DNA from: Takakia lepidozioides
Taxonomy: Eukaryota; Plantae; Bryophyta
Assembly (NCBI GenBank): GCA_030704615.1
Contig: CM060732.1
Coordinates: 44,950,001-45,014,000 of the forward strand
Length of the DNA stretch: 64,000 nucleotides
Reading direction: 5' to 3'
In this document: piece after piece, positions 54,181-64,000 of the stretch
Layout of the letters: every line of letters begins with the position of its first letter
Numbering within the stretch: the first letter of the stretch is position 1
Position numbers and translations under genes: made by a program
The notes under the pieces: model-generated
What the model was told of the DNA's origin: nothing
What the model saw: the letters and a program-made list of their open reading frames with translations, nothing else
Databases searched by the model: none

Positions 54181-57100
54181 GTGTCTCTCCCGCTGTCAGC
54201 TGCATTCCTCATGCTGCTGAGCTCGCGAGTTATGGCGTCTGAGCTCTGCTGCTACCCTATCTGCTGCTTCATGCCGGACGAGCTCCTGGGGATGCGCAAT
54301 GGCGGCGTCTTGTCTATTCTCACAGGCGGGAAAACCCGTTGTGATGGCATCGTCCCTTTCCCTCCTCTGGCTTTTATGTTTCGTAGCGGCGCTTTGGTGG
54401 GGAAGTATATCGCTCTCTCTCCCTTCTTAGACCTAGCATTTGTATGCTTCGCTTCTCCTTAACTGTGCTGGAGGTGGCGTGTTGGTGGCGATGGCGCAGT
54501 GTTACCTTCCCCAATCGCTCAAGGTGCTTTTGGCGATTAGGATTCATTTTACTTCATATCTTTCTCTCTTGTTTTTGGGTTCTTAGTTGATATCGATAAC
54601 AAGTGTAGGGGTCTGTGATTCACCTGGGGTTCCACAATCCTCACTAATCCATTGGTTTTTGTGGGGGTTTGTGATAAGACCAGGTGAGGATCCCTACCTA
54701 CTTTGAATTCTCTTGAGCTTGCAGATAAGGATGTGTGCAAAAGGAACATACTGCTGCTGCTTGCAGCCCCGATTTCGGCCCGCTTGCTCCCGGTTTGACA
54801 TGATGATGCTTGCTTTTGACTTATCTTTTGCTATTGTTGATGGAGCACTCTGGCCTGGCAGCTTTGTCTCATGCAGCACTACATGTGAATCCTACCTTGT
54901 CTTGAATCTTTGACAGCTTTGCCTGTGGATTTTTAGACTAGGTTTCCCTTTTTTGGCCTTAAAAGAGGATTGATGGTGTAAGGGACAAGTCATAAGTGGC
55001 TGTTTGGCTCTAAGGATGAGGAAACCTGAGTTTTGTTAAAGAAGACAGCATGATAAGACAATGACATGCCGTTTTCAGACCTGGATTTGTTGTGGAATGG
55101 AGCATAGTGAGGTTCTATTTGCAAAACATGACATTAGACTTCTGTGAAACAGTGACGGTAAGCTCTAAATGACTCTGGCCAATGATTATTTACTCTATTT
55201 TGCCATATGAACAGCCACCTACATTGTATGATTTATCTTGGCCAACTCGGCTTGGTCTTGGGCACTCAAAGTGTATGTGTGTCCAGATCTGGATGTTGTG
55301 ACAGGGCAAGCCTTTCTTCCATGCCAAAATGCCTTACATGATGTATATCTTGGGGCAACTGTACATGATGTAGAATGAAGTCGCAGTCAGTCTTGTCATG
55401 CCTAAAGTGATCACTTGGTTGCATGTTTGAAGTCTGATTTACTACAGGCTGGGCCAGCAAGAGTCCTATGTGCACAGGTCCTGAATATATACAATGACAA
55501 ACTGTTCTTACATACCCAGAAGGCCTTGCACGATGCATGCTTTGGGGTGCTAACATTTGGCCAAATGTGAAGATGCAATATGGCTTACCATGCCCAAGAA
55601 GTGTACTTGGTGGCAGGCCTGAAGTGTAATTAATTGCAAGCTGGTCCTTCCTGCTGCCGGTGTGAACACTCACTGAATGTGTTGTAGGGCAGACTGTTCT
55701 TACCTACTTTGCATAATGCTTGTCTTGGATCACCTCAAGGTACTTGTGTATACATATCTTTGGATCTGTAATGTGGCAAGATACTCTTATATGCCCATGA
55801 TATCTTGCATGGTGTATATCTTATGGATAACTATGGATGATGTAATCTGAGGCTGCAATCTGACTTATATTGTGCAAGAGGGTCACTTGGGTACATGACA
55901 TGAATATGATTATGAACATACCCCGCCCTCCCACCTTGTTTTATCATGACTGAATGGGTGGCGTCACGTGGCATGTTATGACAAGACTGGAAATGTTAGA
56001 TGGTGCCCTATCATGGGGCAGTTTATATCTTTAATTGACAATGACCCTAGTTGGTCTTGTCCATGTCTTGACATGACATGAATATCTTCCCACTCTTCCT
56101 GTTCCAGTGTACTTGATGGTTTTTGTACACACTATCTACCGTCTTCCTTTCTTGTTATTGCCTCACAAGTTGCTTGGATGGCCTGGCAAAAAGCCAACAA
56201 GGCCATATCTGAATGGAAAGATGAGCTTAAGGCCCTTGGATATCAGCTGCCCCTGCCCCCTCCTATTTTAGCAATACAAGCCACATTTGCACAAGTCAAA
56301 TCAGGCGAATTTCACGCTGTTGTACAAAAGCTGGAATCTGAAGCTATTGAAGATGCCGGTGATAACCGACCTGTCTTATTACTTGAAACACTAGCTTTGG
56401 AGGATTGGGTTGCTCTTGGTATTATGGTAAACAAGAATGGGATGTGGCTGGAAAAACTCCAGAAATACCATTCTAGGTTACTGGAAGTATTAGAAGATGA
56501 TGCTACTGAGATTGCTGCTTGGGAAAAGAAAGGCTCCTCGATTGAGGATGCCCTTCGGCTGGCTAACAATGAAGATGCCTTACATGTGTCCACCCAGAAG
56601 TCCTCGACCACTGTTGAAAAGGAATTTGTACCCACAGTGAGCAATCACCCAATTTTGGGTTTTATGGACGTACCGGATGAAGAGAAGGAGGCTGTAAAAG
56701 ACTTTTTTGATCAGGTCGTGCTTTCTCAAGTGGAACAGGATCGGGTTGCAGGGGCTACACCAGGTAACCAGCAATTCGTCCCTTGGTTACCCCCTAGGGC
56801 AGTTGAGCTTGAGGTTGCCAATAATGACCATATGATGTGGCATCCATTGGCCAACATCAATCTGCTGGCCCCTATTTCGGTTGATATGTGGGTCAAATGG
56901 GGCAACATAACACCAACCGAACGAAACCAATGTGCATAGGATGCCAAAGACAGCTTCCAAAGGTTAAAAAAAGAGCCAATTGCCCTTGCATGGCCTCTAC
57001 AGACCTTTTACTATAAACTTTGTAACCAAGGCGAGAACTTGACCTTTCGAACCAAGAATGACTTACCTACTGGTTCAGCCAGATGTAAGAATCACAAAAG

Positions 57101-58300
57101 TCAGCTGTTTAACTGGCATAGGCCTTACATTCGATGTAATTGTGGGTCTGGGAATGCATCATCTGGCTGTGTTGGCATGTGTCGTACCCATGCTGGACGA
57201 GCACCTGGGGGGGGCGCGAAGGCGGCGCCTTGTCTCTCTTGTAACGGGAAACACCGCTTTGAACGCAGTGGCATCTTCCCTCCTCTGGCTTTTTTTGTGC
57301 TTAACAAGGGTGCTTATGATGGGAAGTTCTCTCCCTCCTTTCTAGTGCCTTGCGATTGTGCCTGCTTTGCTTCATTGCTTATGTGCTTTGTGGAGGCAGC
57401 TTGCTGCGGGTGGTGATGGCGCATAACCCTCTTCCCCAATCGCTTAAGGTGCCTTTGGAGTTTAGGGATTCTCATGTTCTTATCTCTTTCTCTTGCTTTT
57501 GAGTTTCTTAGTTGACATCGATGACAAGTGTGAGGGTCTGTGATTCACCTGGGGTTCCACAATCCTCACTAACCTGTTGGTTTTTGTGGGGGCTTGTGAT
57601 GGGACCAATGGCTGAAATGGTAAGCTGCTGGTATATGTACAGGCTGAACCAAGAGGCCTTGCAGCCTGCACAGGGACAACAATATCTTATCTTGTCCCAT
57701 ACAAGAACAAACCCCGCCCTCCCACCCTGTTTTGTCTTGGATGATTGGATGGTGTTTTTTGGGATGATTTGACAAGACTGGAAATGTAAGATAGTGCCCT
57801 ATCCAGGGCTGTTTATGTCTTTAATTGACAATGACACTTATGGGTCATGTCCATGTCTTGACATGACGTGAATATCTTCTCTCTCTCCCTGTTCCAGTGT
57901 ACTTAGTGGTGTTTGTACACACTATCTACCATCTTCTTTTCTTGTTTCTGATTCACCATGGTATCATACTGACATGGTTTTTTGGCTGACCTGGCAGAAA
58001 GCCAACAAGGCTGTGCTTTGAATGGAAGGATGAGCTTAAAGCACTCGGATATCAGCTGCCCCTACCGCCTCCAATTCTAGCGGTGCAAGCTACACTTGCA
58101 CAGATTAAACCAGGTGACTTCCATGCCACCTTACAAAAGCTGGAATTTGAAGCTTTCGAAGACGCCGGTGATAATCGGCCTGTCTTCTTACTTGAGACCT
58201 TAGCTTTGGATGATTGGGTTGCTCTTGGCATTTCAGCGAACAAGAATGGGAAGTGGTTGGAAAAAATCCAGAAGTCCATTCTAAGTTGATGGAGATTCTG
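54181..58300. repeat. Segmental duplication A-x-B-y-A'-B' inside a probable DNA transposon
   Basis: About 54300-54690 matches 57220-57600; about 55920-56490 matches 57710-58300. Confidence 0.75.
56178..57140 (+). pseudogene. Unknown ORF (253 aa, frame continues past one stop codon), probably transposon-borne
   Basis: ORF 56178-56939 continues in frame to C-x2-H...HRPYIRCNC; a second diverged copy of the N-terminus lies at about 57985-58300. Confidence 0.4.
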
Positions 58301-60348
58301 GATGATGAGTGGAAGGGGTGAGTGTGCATGCGGGGGAGGGCAGTGGGGTAACAAAGGGGCAGGGGAAGGAGGCTACAAAGAAGGGAGAGGGTGGGAAGAA
58401 GAACATGCCCTTGGCGATACATGACGTGGAGTTGGCAAAGATCGTGGTGCCACCGGTGGAGGTGAATCGCCATGGTGACCCCTGCGGTGTGTTCTGGGAG
58501 GCTATGAAGAAGCCAGCCTTCGAACTCGCAATGAGGTGGTTCCCTTTGTACATCGAGTGGGCTGATCAGCACTTTGGCGCGAAGCGGGCGTATGCCCGTG
58601 AGTTAGACCGCCGGTTTCCGGGCAATTGGAGTGACACAAGGGTGATGGAGATGGTGGGGCGAAACTTGAAAGACAGGAGGTACCGTGCCAGACAGATCAT
58701 TCGGAGGGCAATGGAAAAGGGGGCCACACCCAAACCACCTTATGGAATTACACAGGTTGGCAAATCCTGAATCATGTCACCTTCCATTTGTCGCATGTGC
58801 ATTAATGAGGTGTATTCAATGCAACGTATGTGTGTAATTCACTAATTGTTGGGGGGAGGGGGGGGGGGCATAGGTATCGTGGGATGCACTCATTGCGGGA
58901 GAGACTGATGCCGCAAACAAGGCCAAATTTGATCGGGCACGCGAAGCAACAACAGTCCGCCTTGATAGGCACGAATCCACACACAAGTGGGGCGCCGGCA
59001 GATCCAAGGGTTTTCTCTTGCGATTTGTAAGTCGTACTTCCCTATGGATTTTGTTATGTCTTCTTTCTGGCTCCATCATCGCGAAGAACTGACTTTAATT
59101 TGTGGCATGTGTAGCAACGCACGTTTGAGAGGAAGCCATCTCCGGTAGAGTACAACTACGCCAAGGAGCATGGTTGGCAATCCCTCATGAAGAACATGGC
59201 CAACACGGAGGGGATGAGTGCACTATAGGGCACTAGTATGGATGAGGTCGGGGGTCATGGCCAGGGATTGGATGAGAGCTCTGTGGGACTTAGGGGAACG
59301 CCGCCTCATTTAGGTGCTCTGGCAAAGGGCGCGGAGTCATCAGGCTCATCGGATAGCTCTGAGTCCTCCACTGAGGATGAGGATGAGGATGACTAGTCCT
59401 AGTCCATGTAGGTCCTGGGGTCAGCCTACTGAACCCTTGTGAGCTTTTCAGCTCATTTCTTGTAAATATATTTCCATCTTTCCATCTTTTCATCTTCCAT
59501 CTTATTCATGTGTCGCACCGTCCTCACCCTCGATTCATGCTTGCTCAATTGTGTATCTGCTAAATCGGAGAAATGGAACTGTAAGGTCTCCCATCCCCAA
59601 AAACAAAACCAGGCAAAAAACAAAAAACCACCCCCAATTCACCCCCAAAATCAACCCCCAACCCCCAGGCTGCCCTCGCAACTACAGGACGTCACCAATG
59701 GCGACGTGCTTTTTGGGCGAGGGTCGCAAGCCGCGATGGTCGGGCGTCACAAAACTCATTTGCGGGCGGCAACGCCCGACACCCCCTGCGACGTGTTTTT
59801 TTGGTCCGGGGGTCGTAAGCCGCGACGCCCTGGCGTCGCGGAGCCCGCCACCCTGCCTGCGCCACGTTTTTTTTTTTAAAATATTAAATATATAAAAGAA
59901 ACGACACCAGCGCGTTGCGAAACCCCACGCTCGGGCGTGGCGGAGCCTGACTCCTGCTCCTGTTGTTTTCTTTTGCCACGCCCAATAGTCGCTTGACGTA
60001 CCACCCAACTTTCGCCACGTGTTTTTGGGTTTTAGGATGGGACTCCCGGGCAGGTTAGAAAAAAAAAGGGATGCGATGCCAAGTCGGCGCCCCCACCAAC
60101 GCCGTCGGCTGGAGGGCCGCGACGGCAAGACGTCGCTCGAAGAAGGCCCCTGCCATTGGCGCGGACGGCCTGAAAAGCGACGTCCGGCAGTCGCGGGAGT
60201 TGGGGCGGGGGCTCGCGACGCCCATACGTCACATTTTTGCGACGGCCGGGCGACGCAAATTCTGCGCCTGTCCCCTGCCCGAAATGGGCGTTTTCTCGAC
60301 GCTGCGGCGTGGCTCGGGCGTCGCAAAGGTCCCCATTTTCCTGTAGTG
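58300..60348 (+). mobile_element. CACTA (En/Spm) transposon right part: TnpA/ORF2-like exons, GC-rich subterminal repeats and TIR
   Basis: Terminus ccccattttcctgtagtg (reverse complement CACTACAGGAAAATGGGG) at 60348; many gcgacg/cgtcgc repeats in 59680-60330; spliced ORF 58309-59230. Left end not found. Confidence 0.75.
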
Positions 60349-61290
60349 CTTGTAGTTGGGCAGTAGAGGCACGAAGTTCTTGCATCTGGAGCTGAAGATT
60401 CTGCAATATGGCGACCATTTCCGCAAATGTGCCTTCCATCTTAACTATTTAAGGAACAAACTTTAGTCTCGCCAAACTGTCAAGGACAAGAACATGACTG
60501 AACACAAACAAGAGATCAGATTAGAGATACAAGACTCGACAAGAAGTCAAGGTCGGCGTGGCCGAATGCATGATGAGTAAATATGAATCAAAGACGATCT
60601 TTATAACAATGAACAAGAGTACAAGATATTGGAACATGACTTGAATACTGAAATGTTGGAAACTGGACTGGAGTACCTGATACTGGAAACTGGGCTAGAG
60701 TACTGGAACTGGACTGGAGTACTGTGAACTGGAAACAAGAGTAGCTTGAACTGGTGTTGGCGAGACTGAAGAGTGTCCAGTCTCGCCTCCTATATATACT
60801 GGCTACTAGGAGGTTCCCTAAGAGGCTTCCCCAAAGGAGGTTTCTTGATGGAGAAGTTTGCTCCAAAGGAAGCTTCATGAGTAGTTTCCCAAGTTACTCT
60901 CGGTAATTTGGTAAACTCCCGGTAACTTGGTAACTTATGGTAACTTATGGTAGATCGTGGTAGATCACGGTAACTTTCGATAACATGGTAACTTAGTAAC
61001 TTCTGGTATTTACTCCTGATAAGTTCCTCTGGGCTATGTCCGTGACATACACTGGCTACTAGGAAGTTCCCTAAGAGACTTCCCCCATGGAGGTTTCTTG
61101 ATGGAGAAGTTTTCTCCAAATGAAACTTCTTGAGCAGTTTCCCAAGTTACTCTTGGTAATTTGGTAAACTCCATGTAACTTGGTAACTAATGGTAACTAA
61201 TGGTAAATCATGGTAACTTTTGGTAACATAGTAACTTGGTAACTTCTGGTATTTGCTCTTGGTAAGTTCATCTGGGCTATGTCCATGACA
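60349..61290 (-). mobile_element. 5' LTR and gag start of a Gypsy (Tf1/Tcn1-like) retrotransposon. LTR 60478-61290 with duplicated U3
   Basis: Inverted termini tgtcaaggaca / tgtccatgaca; TATA at 60791-60798 (minus); PBS TTGGCGAGACT at 60465-60475; gag ATG at 60439 (MEGTFAEMVAILQNLQ) truncated by the CACTA end. Confidence 0.8.
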
Positions 61291-63896
61291 GAAGACATTG
61301 CCTCGTCACCATTAGAACTTGTTTGGCTCACAAGCCTTTTTCTCCCTCAATTTGACAGATCTCACCCAAAACAAAAAACACCCATCCTCACCTGTTTTGA
61401 AGCGCGTCATACCACTCTTACCCAACTCACCACCACCATGGGTCACCGACTCCTAACCCCAAGCGAATTCACCCTGAAACACTGCAGGTCTAAGGGAAAA
61501 ACCAGTCGATACCTTCATTACCTTCGTACCCTATTCTGCCACCCCTCAACATCATGTACCCTTGAATGTGAGATCGTTTGCTTACACTTTCCCCACACCC
61601 CTCAAGACTTACTACCCCAATGCATATCAGCCCCAGCAGCCTCCATATTTCAGAAACTTAAAAGCTCATATGATGCTAATAATTACACACCCCCCGACTC
61701 CAATTCACCATTCAAGCCACCCTCCAGTCACAACGCCGCATTATGCCATGATAGTCCCCAACTCCCATGCACCTCCTCTAATGTCACCTCAGAGACCCCC
61801 ACCCACCCCCAACCAACGTGCCCCACAACTTGCTTACATAACCCTAAAAATCCCAATGCCTTCGTCATAGAAGCTATTCTAGGAATTAAAACCTAGACAT
61901 CCATAGACCCCTTTGGAGCCACATGTGTGGATATAATTTATTATTATAGATGGGCAGGCTTCCCATCAGATGACAACACATGGCAAATTGAAGATGACCT
62001 CTTTGGGTCACACGATGACTCTGACATGCCCACAACCTTACCCTCCTCACTACTTTTCACAAACGGGGCCAACATTAATTACCTGACACATATACATTAA
62101 TAGCACGCTTCCCCTACCCAATCTGTAGACTCCCGATACATACATAATCCAATAACTTCCTTTAACATACACATACACACGACCGAATGCAACCCCGATA
62201 AAGACATTGACCATGACCCCCCCCCCCACGCTATGTATTGGCCCCCATTTTTCCAATATCTATGCTCAATATGGTCGTTACATTGGTCTAATTCCCAACG
62301 ACAGACTCATATGGTTATGGGAAAACCGACGGCTCCCTCACCAAATCTAATGCCGGATATGGAGTATACCACGCTGCCACTAACCGGGGCATCGCCCTCA
62401 GACTTCTTGGTCCTGCCACCATATTACGTGTTGAACTTATGGCCATCTTCGAAGCACTTTATCTGATAGATGCATTCCCTCTTTCATACTACATCTTTAC
62501 AGATAACCTTACCTCACTGTTGCTTATCCGGAATCACATCTTCCGTCCCTCCTCCCACCATCATCACCCAGACTGCAACCTCAATACAACCATTGTCAAC
62601 CTCGTTATTTCCAAGGGCCACCATGTCCACCTCCTCAAGGTTTGCTCACACACTAGCATCCAGGGTGATGAGGCTGTGGACATGTTTGCTCAAACATGCA
62701 CCTCTAAACCCCCAGTGGACTCCACAGACGATCCTATTCACATTGCTCATACCCGTCCCTTCTGGTTCATACACCCAGTCCCAGATCCCCCCACACCCAG
62801 ACCGTCCGTAATCTTATGACCACTCACACCCGTGGAGCTAACAAACAAGCCATAACATCTATAAGCCACACCAAAGTCACATTCAGAAAAGGACCCAGTC
62901 CATAGTCCTCCATCATGAGCTATCAAACCACTTTTGGCACACCAAAGCCACTACTGATGCACAAATCCGATAAACACTCAAATTCAGATACATCCAATAC
63001 ATGGGCCACCAGCGTAAACACATCTTCTGGCCACATCTTTTCCCATCCCTATATTGCCTATTATGCTCAAATACCCACCATACGCGACACCTGGCCACAC
63101 CTCCTTAGCCAATGTACCCATCCAATCATTCATGGCTTTCATATCACCCTCCACAATTACACAGTCTGGCAGATCTATAAACTCCTTCTGAGCCGCGCTG
63201 AAAGCAGGTGGTTCTCATTCATTAACGCCAACACCTACCAAGGCCGACTGCCAGACCACACTCTACCACCATGGTTGCTCCCATGTACATGTACCCGCCC
63301 ACCATGCACCTGCCCCGCCAGACTCTGCCCTGATATTCTACTTGTCCAAGGCCTACCCACTAACACCCCACCACCCACTACACCATCCCCACAACTCACC
63401 ATCCACTTCATCAAATTTACATATTGTCATGATCGCTACCCCAATGACTCGATCTTGGAAAAACGACAAAAATATGTTCTGCTCATCCTTGCAATTCGCC
63501 GTACGGGCTGGATTACCGGCCCACTAACTGTCATCACTACCAGAATTAGAGGCCGCATACATAATGCCAGTATCAACGTTATACATAACAACTTCAAAAT
63601 CCCCATCCCCCATTCATAAATGTTTCAAAACAATCCACCTCACGGCACTCCGATCCTTCACAGCTATTATTACCAACAAACGGCAACTGGAATCCAACTC
63701 TACATCGGTACCCTAGGTACCTAGGGTACCGCTGGGTCCCTTACGATACCATAAATGCCTCTATACCCTCGGTTACTTGGTGTCCTACATGACACCTATT
63801 CTCTTATAGGGCCCACCCCCGAAAGGGGGCAGTAGCCGTAAGGTGAAGTGGCTCTTAATTATGTCGGCTTCGGCCGGAATCTTCTCTCTCTCTCTC
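61291..63896 (+). mobile_element. 3' part of a Dualen/RandI-like LINE: chromodomain, RNase H, CCHC, restriction-like endonuclease, structured 3' UTR, (TC)n tail
   Basis: FVIEAILG..YYRWAGFPSDDNTWQIEDDL; KTDGS..GYGV..TILRVELMAI..IFTDNL..KVCSHTSIQGDEAVD; CLLC..DTWPHLLSQC; CPDILLVQG..IHFIKFTYCHDRYP..KRQKY. Confidence 0.8.
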
Positions 63897-64000
63897 AAGA
63901 CAATGCACATTGCAAACTGTCGTGGGAGATAAACAGTGTCTTTGTCAGAATTGCCAAGTGGGGGGCAAGAGATGAAAGCGTTGGCCAAGGCTTTCACTAG

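Noticed and set aside
59508-60439. Long overlapping ORFs on both strands
   Set aside because: GC-rich CACTA subterminal repeats, low in stop codons and without protein motifs
63808-63855. Hammerhead or HDV ribozyme reading of the three-way junction
   Set aside because: Lacks CUGANGA and the GAAA/UH core; no P1 or P1.1 pseudoknot, and the candidate HDV catalytic C is T in two of the three copies

Overview
Eukaryotic, intron-rich genomic DNA, most likely from a seed-free land plant such as a bryophyte (inferred from the gene set and repeat types). I reconstructed three intact + strand genes exon by exon: an ABCC/MRP transporter (about 7837-22116, 15 coding exons), a TTC39/IML2-family TPR protein (32387-39237, 12 exons) and a CCCH-zinc-finger TRM2A-type tRNA (uracil-5)-methyltransferase (40458-48835, 14 exons). 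The rest is mostly nested transposon debris: RTEX-like, CRE-like and Dualen/RandI-like LINEs, an RT-less Copia element, Gypsy fragments, a CACTA end, tandem Helitrons, MITEs and a tRNA-derived SINE. Four signals stand out. (i) A Dualen-like LINE carries a chromodomain ahead of RNase H and a restriction-like endonuclease. (ii) Its 3' end is a covarying three-way-junction RNA motif with an AGUA/GAA (loop E / sarcin-ricin type) core that recurs three times in the window. (iii) An LTR has the layout of Tf1-type self-priming. (iv) About 10 RTEX-like 3' ends with a covarying hairpin lie antisense in and upstream of the ABCC gene. All family assignments come from motif recognition by eye, not database searches.
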